From Nitrospirota bacterium (lineage in GTDB: Bacteria; Nitrospirota; Thermodesulfovibrionia; UBA6902): DNA of 32,730 nucleotides. Of this stretch, positions 1 to 9,029 are shown piece by piece. Positions within the stretch are counted from its first letter, which is position 1. Each line of letters opens with the position of its first letter. The stretch spans positions 1-32,730 of the forward strand of contig JAJRVB010000311.1 of the NCBI GenBank assembly GCA_024277515.1, read 5' to 3'. The translations under genes were made by a program, and so were the position numbers. The notes beneath the pieces are model-generated. The model did not search any database. It saw only the letters and a program-made list of their open reading frames with translations, and was not told where the DNA came from.

Positions 1-1
1 A

Positions 2-832
2 ATTGGCGGATTTGACACCCGGACCGCCTCTGAGGACGATATTCTTCGCATTGCGCAGCTGCATGGGGAACAGGGAATTTCAGAAATTATCCTCACTGTT
101 TATTCTTCTGCGATGGAGACCATGCATCAGAACATGCTTGCGATAAAAAAGGCAATGGAGAAACAGAAGGATTATGAGGGAAAATCATCGCGTATCATAG
201 GTGTGCATATTGAAGGGCCTTTTCTGAATCCTGTCAGGTGCGGAGCGTTGGCTCCAAGGTCATTCCTCCAGCCGAATGAGTATAACCTGAAGAAACTACT
301 TGAGGGATTTGAGGACATTGTCAAAATAATCACGATCGCCCCTGAGGGAGAGGGGGCGGTGGACCTCATAAGAAAAATATCGGACATGGGCATTATTGCG
401 AGCATGGGACATTCCGATGCGACATGTGCCGAGGCTGAAGCCGGATACCATGCGGGGGCGCGGGGCATAACGCATCTTTTTAATGCGATGCGGGGAATGC
501 ATCACAGGGAACTGGGACTTGCAGGATTCGGGCTTACACATAATGACATTTACATTGAAGTCATTGCGGACCCGTTTCATCTTGACCCTGAAATTATCAA
601 GCTTATTTTCAGGGTGAAGAACCCTGACAGGATTATCATAATCTCAGACACGGTGAAGGAAACGTGTGATACTGCCGGGAGGCGCAGTATCATAAATATG
701 CAGAATACCATACTCGGCGGATCCACTACCATTAAAGAATCATGGGACAGGCTTGTCAGTATGGGAGTGGATGAAGAGATTGTAATAAAAGCGGTCTCTG
801 AAAATCCCGAACGATATTTAAATGCCAACTGA
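2..832 (+). CDS. nagA: N-acetylglucosamine-6-phosphate deacetylase, 5' end cut by window edge
   Basis: The frame is open from nt 2 (IGGFDTRTASEDD...) into the listed 113..832 ORF. NagA-type motifs are present: HIEGPFLNP, ITIAPE, GHSDAT, THLFNAM, ADPFHL. Confidence 0.8.
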   Translation: MGGFDTRTASEDDILRIAQLHGEQGISEIILTVYSSAMETMHQNMLAIKKAMEKQKDYEGKSSRIIGVHIEGPFLNPVRCGALAPRSFLQPNEYNLKKLLEGFEDIVKIITIAPEGEGAVDLIRKISDMGIIASMGHSDATCAEAEAGYHAGARGITHLFNAMRGMHHRELGLAGFGLTHNDIYIEVIADPFHLDPEIIKLIFRVKNPDRIIIISDTVKETCDTAGRRSIINMQNTILGGSTTIKESWDRLVSMGVDEEIVIKAVSENPERYLNAN

Positions 833-922
833 TTATTGCCGCTTGAGTCCTGCGGGGAAACCTGTCCGGGAAGCTCTCAAAACTATCGTGTGAACAGACG
901 TTCTGTAAAGAAGGACTTTAGT

Positions 923-1675
923 ATGGATGACAAAGAGAGGGACCGGAACATGAGTGTGAAGACGGGAATCAGGAATTTTATTATGATGGGGGTCCTGCTC
1001 CTGCTTGCGGGATTCTGGCTGGGCAAGTCAAAAAACAGCGTCCCCGACATCAGAGAACTCGATTTTCCGAGCGCAACGGTATACGAGATCCCCGTCCCTC
1101 TTCCCCGCTTTTCACTGACTGATGACGGGGGACAGGAATTTAACGAATGGAATCTCTCCAGGAAGTGGACCTTCATGTTCTTTGGGTACACTTTTTGCCC
1201 TGATGTATGCCCTACGGCACTTGTTGACCTGAATGATGTATACAATAATCTTTTGGAAAAAGGGGACCTCATCGAGAAGAAATTCAAAGTCCCTACACAG
1301 TTTGTATTTGTGTCTGTTGATCCCGGGAGGGACACCCCGGAGGACCTGAAAGAGTACATGAATTATTTTAATGAGGAATTTATCGGGGTAACGGGTGCGT
1401 CCGGGATGATCGACAGACTGGCGAGGCCCATGGGTGCTGCGTACAGGCGTGTGCCGGGTACGGATGACGAGGGGGACTATTTCATTGACCACAGCGCATC
1501 TTTCCTTCTTATTGACCCGCTCGGCAGGCTGCGGGCTTCTTTCCCCCCTCCGCATGATCCGGGACAGATGGCTGATGACTTTCGTAATATCCGCAATGAA
1601 TTCACAGCTGAGTGCTGCCTGCCGTATCAGGATACCGAACAGGTCATTTTTGATTACAGAAAGGAGAAAAAATGA
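923..1675 (+). CDS. SCO1/SenC family copper chaperone (thioredoxin fold, membrane anchored)
   Basis: It has a CPDVCP (CxxxC) copper-binding motif, an N-terminal TM helix (FIMMGVLLLLAGFWLG) and a downstream DHS motif. The track ORF starts at TTG 836. ATG 923 or ATG 950 is a more plausible start. Confidence 0.8.
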   Translation: MDDKERDRNMSVKTGIRNFIMMGVLLLLAGFWLGKSKNSVPDIRELDFPSATVYEIPVPLPRFSLTDDGGQEFNEWNLSRKWTFMFFGYTFCPDVCPTALVDLNDVYNNLLEKGDLIEKKFKVPTQFVFVSVDPGRDTPEDLKEYMNYFNEEFIGVTGASGMIDRLARPMGAAYRRVPGTDDEGDYFIDHSASFLLIDPLGRLRASFPPPHDPGQMADDFRNIRNEFTAECCLPYQDTEQVIFDYRKEKK

Positions 1676-2130
1676 AAAAAATCCTGTTTTACATATCTGT
1701 TTTGCTTGTAAGTATCAGTGTTTCATCATCAGCAGCAGACTCAATCATGGTGCAGGATGCATGGGTGCGCTCAGCCCCTCCCAATGCAAAGGCCCTTGCA
1801 GCATATATGAAAATTATCAACACATCCGCTGAGCAGAGGGCGCTCATCAGTGCATCCAGCAGCCGGTTTGGCAGGGTGGAGATGCACAAATCCGAAATGC
1901 ATGAGGGGATTATGAAGATGATACCGCAAAAACAGCTGACGGTCCCGGCTGGAGGGTCATTATTGCTCAAGCCGATGAGTTATCATCTTATGCTGATGAA
2001 ACCGGTATCGGTCCCCCGGGAAGGGGACCTGGTGGATTTTGATCTGCGGTTTGACGATGGCACGGTATTACATCTCAGGGTCCCTGTCCGGGCAGCAAAA
2101 AGCGGGCGGATGATGAAAAGTCACGACTGA
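1672..2130 (+). CDS. periplasmic copper chaperone PCu(A)C (DUF461)
   Basis: It has a signal peptide and Met/His-rich Cu(I) motifs (MHKSEMHEGIMKM ... MSYHLMLM). Its start overlaps the Sco1 stop in an ATGA overlap, which implies translational coupling. Confidence 0.8.
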   Translation: MKKILFYISVLLVSISVSSSAADSIMVQDAWVRSAPPNAKALAAYMKIINTSAEQRALISASSSRFGRVEMHKSEMHEGIMKMIPQKQLTVPAGGSLLLKPMSYHLMLMKPVSVPREGDLVDFDLRFDDGTVLHLRVPVRAAKSGRMMKSHD

Positions 2131-2248
2131 GTGTGATAAATAAAACAGTCCCCGCCTGTTTATCTTTATGTCAGGGAAGTTTATAATTATTTGATTGCAC
2201 AAAATCTGCTTTTTTCGGGTTAAGGAGAAAAAAACATTTGTGAACTAC

Positions 2249-3094
2249 ATGTATATTGAAGACGGGGAGGGATTTCTCTCGTACCTCAGGAGGTTTGACG
2301 GTAAAGGGGACCATACGATTGCCCTGGATATAGAAGCTGAGTCAAACCTGCATGTCTATGGTGAGAAATTATGCCTGATACAGATCTTTGACGGTGTGAA
2401 CAGCATAATAATTGATCCATTGAAAATTGAAAACAGTGTGCTTAAGATCTTCTTTGAAGATGTGAATATCCTGAAAGTAATGTATGCTGTGGGGAGTGAC
2501 CTCTCTTTGCTCAGAAACTCTGCTGATATTGAAGTAAAGTCCATACTCGATTTAAGCCCCGGGGTGGAACTGCTCAACTATGAAAAGAAAGATCTTCACT
2601 CAGTGCTCGGTTTTGAACTCGGGATAGTTCTCGAAAAGAAAAGGACTTATCAGAAATATAACTGGACGACCCGTCCCCTGTCCAAACAGGCAATTGACTA
2701 TGCCCTCAATGATGTCATACATCTGCTTACACTGAAAGACGTCATACTGACAAAGCTGTACGCAAGGAAATTGCTCGAAACATTTCTCCTGAAAAACCTG
2801 CAGGTCCAGCATAAGGATTATACAAGGCATCCGGAAGACAAATACAGAAAGATACGCGGGTACAGCAGGCTGAGAGATGATAAAAAGAGTGTTTTCAGAA
2901 AGGTGTTTGATATCAGGGAGAAGTATGCAAAACTGCATAATATGCCTTCCCATAATGTGATCCGCAAGACTGACCTGATCAGTGTAGTTAATGACCCGAA
3001 ATTTATCGAAAATATCCGGTTTACAAAGAGGGTGCGTCTGGATTTAATCCCGAAGTTATTACACGAACTGCGAAGGGCGGTGAATGAAGTTTAA
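2249..3094 (+). CDS. rnd: ribonuclease D-like 3'-5' exonuclease with C-terminal HRDC-like domain
   Basis: DEDD exonuclease motifs are present (IALDIEAES, LCLIQI, YALNDV), followed by an HRDC-like C-terminus. An AAGGAG at 2221 favours GTG 2240 or ATG 2249 over the track's TTG 2195. Confidence 0.7.
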   Translation: MYIEDGEGFLSYLRRFDGKGDHTIALDIEAESNLHVYGEKLCLIQIFDGVNSIIIDPLKIENSVLKIFFEDVNILKVMYAVGSDLSLLRNSADIEVKSILDLSPGVELLNYEKKDLHSVLGFELGIVLEKKRTYQKYNWTTRPLSKQAIDYALNDVIHLLTLKDVILTKLYARKLLETFLLKNLQVQHKDYTRHPEDKYRKIRGYSRLRDDKKSVFRKVFDIREKYAKLHNMPSHNVIRKTDLISVVNDPKFIENIRFTKRVRLDLIPKLLHELRRAVNEV

Positions 3095-3187
3095 AATGTC
3101 AAATGTCAACGTCCAAATGTCCAGTCAAATCTTAATGACAAGTGAGAAAAGGAAAGACTCCCCGGGCGTTTTTAAGTTACAGCACTC

Positions 3188-3227
3188 TGTCAACAGTTAC
3201 TGTAAATACAAACAGTAACTGTTGACA
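3188..3227. terminator. perfect 16-bp inverted repeat (TGTCAACAGTTACTGT / ACAGTAACTGTTGACA, 8-nt loop) between convergent rnd and napD
   Basis: The arms were read directly at 3188-3203 and 3212-3227. The repeat ends 1 nt from the napD stop (3229-3231). On the plus strand a T-rich stretch follows (TCTATTTTG). No clear U-tract follows on the minus strand. Confidence 0.55.
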
Positions 3228-3228
3228 T

Positions 3229-3492
3229 CTATTTTGCCATCCGGTCAAGCGCCTCTGAAAGCTCGTCCTCGCAATACGAATATGCAAGGTTTGCATCGTA
3301 TACAAACGGCAGACCTTGTATCTGCTTCATTTTTTTCATCTGCTCCTCAATACTTTCGCCCTCTATGGTTACCACGATCTTTCCGTCGGCATCATTAAAA
3401 TGGACTTCACAGGAATCAACAGCGTTTATACTGTCGATGACTTCATGAAGATGCTCCGGTAATGTTTTAACAACGATGCTCGATACATTCAT
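3229..3492 (-). CDS. napD: NapD, Tat-signal-binding chaperone for NapA
   Basis: It is an 87-aa protein with the NapD pattern (IVV...VDSCEVHF...GKIVVTIEGES...I..I..LP.V....LAY). It is the last gene of the nap operon. Confidence 0.8.
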   Translation of the reverse strand: MNVSSIVVKTLPEHLHEVIDSINAVDSCEVHFNDADGKIVVTIEGESIEEQMKKMKQIQGLPFVYDANLAYSYCEDELSEALDRMAK

Positions 3493-3514
3493 AATGATAT
3501 TTCCTTTCCACTGA

Positions 3515-4069
3515 CTACTCTGTCTCTACCCCTTCGTTTAATATGTTAAGTAAATTTGAGCGGTACCGTCCCTGCTCATCCCTGAACTCACCCTTGAAGA
3601 TGTTTTCTACCGCAGGGGTCAGAATATTCTGGATAACATGACACTGCATACAGTTGAATCTGCTGCCGTCAAGTTTGCCCCTCAGGTATGCCCCGGTGTC
3701 CAGGTTAACAAGGTGGGACGTGGGTACCGGGGTCGCTCCGCTGAATACCGCTTCTTCAGGCATGTGGCATCCCATGCATATGTTGTCTTCCTCTATGGGA
3801 AGCATGCCGGTAATGTCATGTGCGATCAATGGAGGACTGTTTTCAAATGACCTCTCGAACCTGACACTTTCTCCCGGTTCTTTCTTTGTTGTCTCCCCGT
3901 GGGCGGGAACTGTCGTGCTCTCATCATAGAGTGTTTCGTGCCTGAGGCCGAGGTCCTCTTCGGAAAAGGTTTCTGTCCGGGTCTGGGGCTGGGCACACGA
4001 AAATAATATTCCTAAAGAGAGTGTCCCGGCCGTTAATAACAATAACCATGTCCTTCTGTTTCTTTCCAT
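3515..4069 (-). CDS. napB: NapB, dihaem cytochrome c subunit of periplasmic nitrate reductase
   Basis: It has a signal anchor, two CXXCH motifs (CMGCH, CMQCH) and the PPLIAH motif. The size and operon position fit NapB. Confidence 0.8.
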   Translation of the reverse strand: MERNRRTWLLLLTAGTLSLGILFSCAQPQTRTETFSEEDLGLRHETLYDESTTVPAHGETTKKEPGESVRFERSFENSPPLIAHDITGMLPIEEDNICMGCHMPEEAVFSGATPVPTSHLVNLDTGAYLRGKLDGSRFNCMQCHVIQNILTPAVENIFKGEFRDEQGRYRSNLLNILNEGVETE

Positions 4070-4072
4070 AAT

Positions 4073-4894
4073 TCATCCCTCCTTACATTTAGTATGAATT
4101 TTATTTGAATATATGTTTATGAAATTTACTGCGTCATCGTCACATACTTCAATGCATCTGCCGCAATTTACGCATTCTCCGGAGACCACGGCCCCGCTCT
4201 CCCTGCCTACCATATGCAGGACCTGTTTTTCAGGACAGATTTCTATGCATTTCATACATGAAGTACATTTTTCACGGTCATATCCTATCCGGAGAAAACC
4301 GAAACGGCCTATGATCGAGTAAAAGCCGCCGAGCGGACAGATGTGGCCGCAGAAGCCGTTTTTTACTGCAAACAGGTCGAACAGAAAAACCATGAGAACT
4401 AATGTCCAGCCAAAACCGAACCCGTATATAATCCCCCTGTGCAGGGCGCCGATCGGACTTATCCACTCAAAGGCCGCTACCCCGAGGATGACTGACAGTG
4501 CTACCGACAAGAAAATAATCCAGTAACGCGTCGCTCTTTTTATGTCCCACGACTTCCAGACGGAATCCAGACTGAAGAGTCTTCTGAGTCTGTTGGCAAG
4601 GTCTGTCACCATGTTTACCGGACATGCCCAGCTACAGAATACTCTCCCACCGAGGACAGCGTAAAAGAGCAGGATGACGAGCGCGCCTGTTACGGCATCG
4701 CTGGCAATGACGGCGCCTGCGGAAAAGCTTTGCAATACTGCAAAGGGGTCGGACAGCGGGATTGTATCGAAGACCCTCGCAGAACTAAGGTTTCCCCTCA
4801 GTACGCTCCAGCCGTATGCGTTTCCCCCGAAAAATACGAAAAGAATTCCTGTTTGCAGAAGCCTTCTCGGTATCTGGTATTTATATTTTCTCAT
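4073..4894 (-). CDS. napH: NapH, membrane quinol dehydrogenase ferredoxin subunit
   Basis: It has four predicted TM helices, CxxCP motifs (CSWACP, CGHICP) and two C-terminal 4Fe-4S motifs (CTSCMKCIEICP, CVNCGRCIEVC). Confidence 0.85.
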   Translation of the reverse strand: MRKYKYQIPRRLLQTGILFVFFGGNAYGWSVLRGNLSSARVFDTIPLSDPFAVLQSFSAGAVIASDAVTGALVILLFYAVLGGRVFCSWACPVNMVTDLANRLRRLFSLDSVWKSWDIKRATRYWIIFLSVALSVILGVAAFEWISPIGALHRGIIYGFGFGWTLVLMVFLFDLFAVKNGFCGHICPLGGFYSIIGRFGFLRIGYDREKCTSCMKCIEICPEKQVLHMVGRESGAVVSGECVNCGRCIEVCDDDAVNFINIYSNKIHTKCKEG

Positions 4895-4931
4895 ATCTAT
4901 CCTGCATGCAGGGGCAATTCATGAATTGCCC

Positions 4932-5714
4932 CTACAGTTCGTCATTCAGATAATCAAGGGCCTTCCGGCCGCTCCTGGGCGTCTGTGTAGTGACTTTTTC
5001 CGTTGCTTCCTTCATACGCTCTTCATCCTGTTCATCCCAGCCCTTTATATAGCGTTCGCTCGACTGACCCATCGCTATTTCCTTCGGCAGTACGAAAATT
5101 GATGCCTTCCGGGTAACACAGGCCCTTTCGCAGAGGCCGCATCCTGTACAGGCATCACTGTGAACAACGGGCGCCTGTATTGTATGTTTTCCTGTCCTGA
5201 CGTTTCTTGTGTATTCAACAGTGATCGCCTTGTCGATCAAAGGGCATGCACGGTAGCAGGCGTCACACTGAATACCTGCATATGCAATACAGATTTCCCG
5301 GTCAATGACGGCGATGCCCATTTTTGCCATGTTAATATTGAGCCTTAATTCACCATCTTCGCCTTTTTCACTGACGAGTGTTTTATCAAGGGATCCGGTG
5401 GGGCAGACTGGCACACAGGGAATGTCCCTGCACATATAACAGGGGTTTGTCCTCGGCGTGTAGTATGGGGTCCCTACCGGTTTGCTATCTCCCGGTTTTG
5501 CGAGGACCAGCGCGTCATAGGGACATGCCTCGACACACATCCCGCATTTTATGCAGGAGGCAAGAAAATCTTTTTCCGGCAATGCACCGGGTGGCCGCAA
5601 TATCAGCGGTGCGGACCTGCCTTCCTCTATAAAGCCGCTCCAGGCAAGTCCGCCTGTAGCAGCCAGCCCCAGGCTCTTGAAGGTCTTCAGCAGAAATTCT
5701 CTACGTTCAGGCAT
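4932..5714 (-). CDS. napG: NapG, Tat-exported poly-ferredoxin
   Basis: It has a twin-arginine signal (MPERREFLLKTFKSLGLAATGG) and four Cys clusters of 4Fe-4S type. A GAGGTGAGG Shine-Dalgarno precedes ATG 5714, so the longer track ORF (to 5804) is probably an over-extension. Confidence 0.85.
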   Translation of the reverse strand: MPERREFLLKTFKSLGLAATGGLAWSGFIEEGRSAPLILRPPGALPEKDFLASCIKCGMCVEACPYDALVLAKPGDSKPVGTPYYTPRTNPCYMCRDIPCVPVCPTGSLDKTLVSEKGEDGELRLNINMAKMGIAVIDREICIAYAGIQCDACYRACPLIDKAITVEYTRNVRTGKHTIQAPVVHSDACTGCGLCERACVTRKASIFVLPKEIAMGQSSERYIKGWDEQDEERMKEATEKVTTQTPRSGRKALDYLNDEL

Positions 5715-5825
5715 CCTCACCTCATTCTTTTGCGTTTTCTTTTCATGCATCTCAGTAACATTAACTTTATTCCTTAGCCATGTAGTTGGTAGATAGCAGC
5801 ACATAGTTAGGGGAAAAGTCCCATA

Positions 5826-5867
5826 CTACTTGCTACTGACTACTGTCTACTGACTTCTGTCTACTTC
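5826..5867 (-). repeat. six phased heptamers (plus strand CTACTNN; sense strand NNAGTAG) in the napA-napG spacer
   Basis: CTACT occurs at 5826, 5833, 5840, 5847 and 5861, with a degenerate CTTCT at 5854, giving a strict 7-nt period. The array begins 13 nt after the napA stop codon. Confidence 0.6.
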
Positions 5868-5879
5868 TTTTTTCCTTCC

Positions 5880-8654
5880 TCATGCTTTATAAACCTTTAC
5901 CGCGCATTTCTTGAAATCCGTCTCTTTTGACATGGGACATGTTGCATCAAGAGTTACTTTATTGATCAGGACACGTTCGTCAAACCAGGGTACGAAGATC
6001 AAACCTTTCGGAGGGCTGTTTCTCCCTCTGGTATTGATCCTTGACTTGACCTTTCCGCGCCTTGATTCTATCCATATCAGCTGGCCGTCTCTAAACCCGT
6101 TTGATTCCGCGTCGTTCGGGTGCATGAAGCATACAGCCTCCGGAGCTGCCCGGTAGAGTTCAGGCACGCGCATGGTCATCGTACCGCTGTGCCAGTGCTC
6201 CAGCACCCTCCCGGTACAGAGCCACAACGGATATTCACTGCTGGGTATTTCCGCAGCTTCGGCGTAATGTCTGAGGAATATCTTTGCCTTGTTCGGGAGC
6301 TTGAGTTTTTCCAGCTCCTTCCTGGGTCCCTTCAGGTCCCCCTGTGCTATGGCCTTCAATGCCTTGCCGTAAAAAGCGAACTGTCCGGTGTTTGCCTTTC
6401 GTGCATAAGGATCGTAGTCTGCATTAAATCTCCATGGGGTTTCCTTGCCGTTTACAACGGGCCATTTCAGACCCCTGACCTTATGGTAGGTGTCGAAATC
6501 CGCAAGATCATGTCCGTTGCCGATACCGAACTTCCTGTATTCTCCCCACAAATATTTCTGAATGAAAAAACCGTAGCCCTTGAAGCCCTCAACGTCCCTC
6601 TTGTCTCCGGCTGCTTCACTATTCAAAAATCCTTTTCCTACAGGGTCAGGCCATTTATATGATTTTGCCTCCTTGTTGGCGTACAGGACGTCATATAATG
6701 TGTCCGTGTCCTTATATCCCATTGCCCTTGCCTTGGCCATAACATCTGGAAGGGTAACCTTGTCATTGATCTTATGGGCCTTCCAGACTTCGGCCAGTGT
6801 AAACCTCTTCGAAAATTCCACGGTCTGCCAGGTGTCTGACATTGCTTTCCCGACAGGTGTGACCTGCTGTCTCCAGTGCTGGGTCCTGCGCTCGGCATTA
6901 CCATAGGCCCCCCATTTTTCGAATATCATGGCAGTGGGGAGGATCAGGTCCGCAACCTTTGCGGAAATCCCGGGATATACCTCTGACACCACGATAAAGT
7001 TGTCCATTTCCCTTGCCGCCTTGATCCAGTGGTTCATATTTGCCGTATTCTGCCAGGGATTGCATACCTGTACCCATGCCCACTTGATCTTTCCGTCTTC
7101 AAGGTCTCTCATTATTTTTGTATAGTGTGAGCCCACGACCGGATTGAGTGTGCCTTCAGGCAGTTTCCAGAGCTTTTCAGATTTTTTTCTGTGTTTTGGA
7201 TTGAATACGACCATATCCGACGGGAGTCTGTGCGCGAATGTCCCGACTTCCCTTGCTGTCCCGCACGCGCTCGGCTGGCCGGTGAGGCTGAACGGACTGT
7301 TGCCCGGCTGCGCAATCTTGCCGAGCAGGAGATGTACCATATACATCTGTTCATTGACCCATGAACCCCTCACATGCTGGTTAAATCCCATGGTCCAGAA
7401 ACTGCTCACCTTTCTGTCTTTGGCCACGTAGTATTCAACAAGTTTTTTCAGCTTGTCCTTAAACTCTGAGAGGGACTCGTCAGAGTCTCCCTTGGCAAGT
7501 TCAGCGACAAAATCCAGGGTGTAAGGCTCAAGCCCCTTTTTGAAATCATCAAAGCTGATCGCCCAGTGCTTGACCGGTTTCTTTGTATTTTTCATCCGGA
7601 GCGTGGAACCGGCCTTTATACCGAGGGAGCTCCATGCATGGGCTTCTTCTTTGGTTACTGTTTTGGATGCTTCCCTGGCTGCCGTATCGAGCTCGCCCGG
7701 TCTGTATTTTGGATGATCAATCCTGGAACGCATTCCATAACCAATATCTACAGGGCCTGTCGCGAATACACAGTACCTGTCAACGAAATCCTGGTCTATA
7801 GCTTCAGGCCGGTTGTATACTATTTCCCTGGCTATATAATTAAGGAGCGCGAGATCGGTGTTAGGTTTAATAATGATTTCAATGTCCGATATGTTGGAGC
7901 ATCTGTTTCTGAATGTGGATATATTGACCAGCTTTACCCAGTCCGGTCTGCTCAGTTTCCTGTCTGTAATTTTTGACCATAATACGGGATGCATCTCCGC
8001 CATATTGGCGCCCCAGAGGACGATTGAATCGGCAAAATGCATATCATCATAGTTGCCTGCAGGTTCATCTATGCCGAATGTCTGTATAAACCCTACCACA
8101 GCGCTTGCCATGCAGTGGCGGGCATTCGGATCAATATTATTGCTTCTGAACCCCCCCTTAACGAGTTTTACCGCGGCTACCCCTTCCTGGACTGTATATT
8201 GACCTGACCCGAAGACCGATATGCCTTTCGGTCCCAGTTCAGAGTAATACTTTTTGAACTGATTTGCCATTTCATCGAAGGCCCGTTCCCATGTGACCGG
8301 TCTGAATTTACCGTTTTTATCGAACTCACCCGCATCGTTTACCCTTAAAAGAGGATCGGTCAGCCTGTCTGCGCCGTACATGATCTTTGCATTAAAATAT
8401 CCCTTTATACAGTTTAACCCCATGTTTACGGGTGCAAGCGGATCACCTTTTACCGCAACGATCATATCATTTCTGGTTGCGATCATGATGCCGCATCCGG
8501 TACCGCAAAACCTGCATACCGCCTTGTCCCATCGCCAATCTGCCTGTGTCTCGGCTGCAACAGCCTTTAAATTATCCGGCACGGACAGTCCGATAGCTGT
8601 TGCGGCGCTTACTGCAGCCGTGGTTTTCAGAAAGTCCCTTCTTGACACTTTCAT
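5880..8654 (-). CDS. napA: NapA, periplasmic nitrate reductase catalytic subunit (Mo-bisMGD, 4Fe-4S)
   Basis: It has a Tat signal ([22 protein letters not shown]) and the N-terminal CRFCGTGC 4Fe-4S motif. The 924-aa long form is followed by napGHBD. A GGAGGG RBS precedes the ATG. Confidence 0.95.
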   Translation of the reverse strand: MKVSRRDFLKTTAAVSAATAIGLSVPDNLKAVAAETQADWRWDKAVCRFCGTGCGIMIATRNDMIVAVKGDPLAPVNMGLNCIKGYFNAKIMYGADRLTDPLLRVNDAGEFDKNGKFRPVTWERAFDEMANQFKKYYSELGPKGISVFGSGQYTVQEGVAAVKLVKGGFRSNNIDPNARHCMASAVVGFIQTFGIDEPAGNYDDMHFADSIVLWGANMAEMHPVLWSKITDRKLSRPDWVKLVNISTFRNRCSNISDIEIIIKPNTDLALLNYIAREIVYNRPEAIDQDFVDRYCVFATGPVDIGYGMRSRIDHPKYRPGELDTAAREASKTVTKEEAHAWSSLGIKAGSTLRMKNTKKPVKHWAISFDDFKKGLEPYTLDFVAELAKGDSDESLSEFKDKLKKLVEYYVAKDRKVSSFWTMGFNQHVRGSWVNEQMYMVHLLLGKIAQPGNSPFSLTGQPSACGTAREVGTFAHRLPSDMVVFNPKHRKKSEKLWKLPEGTLNPVVGSHYTKIMRDLEDGKIKWAWVQVCNPWQNTANMNHWIKAAREMDNFIVVSEVYPGISAKVADLILPTAMIFEKWGAYGNAERRTQHWRQQVTPVGKAMSDTWQTVEFSKRFTLAEVWKAHKINDKVTLPDVMAKARAMGYKDTDTLYDVLYANKEAKSYKWPDPVGKGFLNSEAAGDKRDVEGFKGYGFFIQKYLWGEYRKFGIGNGHDLADFDTYHKVRGLKWPVVNGKETPWRFNADYDPYARKANTGQFAFYGKALKAIAQGDLKGPRKELEKLKLPNKAKIFLRHYAEAAEIPSSEYPLWLCTGRVLEHWHSGTMTMRVPELYRAAPEAVCFMHPNDAESNGFRDGQLIWIESRRGKVKSRINTRGRNSPPKGLIFVPWFDERVLINKVTLDATCPMSKETDFKKCAVKVYKA

Positions 8655-8794
8655 AGTTTCCCTCCTTTGTAATTATGTTCATTCATTAAATGTTTCGGAA
8701 TATATTTTATAACTGCCCGGTTATTTTTTTCTGCATCAATGTTTGCGGGGTGGGGGACCATTACCTTCATGTCTTCAAACATAACAATATTTCC

Positions 8795-8832
8795 TGTAAA
8801 TATGATGTTAATGTGTGTAAAGAAAATGTTAA
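8795..8832 (-). promoter_or_regulatory. candidate response-regulator operator upstream of napA: four TGTWAA hexamers at 11/10/11-bp spacing
   Basis: The plus strand reads TGTAAATATGATGTTAATGTGTGTAAAGAAAATGTTAA. It consists of two 21-bp tandem units (16/21 identical). It matches the reverse complement of 11410-11447 at 34/38 positions. It lies 140 nt upstream of the napA ATG in the napA/kinase divergent region. Confidence 0.6.
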
Positions 8833-9029
8833 TTTTCAGGGATGCGCAAAATAACGAAAAAATATCATGAAACAATTATTGCACGGCCGGGGGCGAATGC
8901 ATAGATCATTAATACGATTATAAACAATACTTATAATTAAGCTGCCATGCCGCTGTTACCCGGACTTTTGCATTCCTTATGGATTTGACTTGGAGAGAAG
9001 CAGATTCTAAAATCTCTATTAAGGATAAT

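Noticed and set aside
836-2248. Long TTG-initiated versions of the Sco1 (836) and RNase D (2195) ORFs in the track
   Set aside because: The extensions add non-conserved, Cys/Arg-rich or hydrophobic leader sequences. Internal ATG/GTG starts sit at sensible distances from RBS-like sequences, or directly before the TM anchor.
3094-3131. Short tandem AAATGTC repeats (3094, 3101, 3115) after the rnd stop
   Set aside because: There are only three imperfect copies in an AT-rich tail, with no spacers or CRISPR-like periodicity. This is probably chance or slippage. No CRISPR array is present anywhere in the window.
5911-8712. About a dozen plus- and minus-strand ORFs of 61-180 aa nested inside napA (e.g. 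6120..6662, 7566..7976, 8293..8712)
   Set aside because: All are off-frame or antisense shadows of a 924-aa gene with unmistakable NapA features. Their translations are low-complexity, and they have no RBS or family resemblance. The same reasoning applies to the nested ORFs inside every other confidently called gene.
8655-8794. Moco riboswitch or FNR box in the nap leader/promoter
   Set aside because: I looked for the conserved Moco-RNA core and for TTGAT-N4-ATCAA. Only an isolated TTGAT half-site (about 8735-8745, reverse-complement reading) is present, and nothing resembles the riboswitch.
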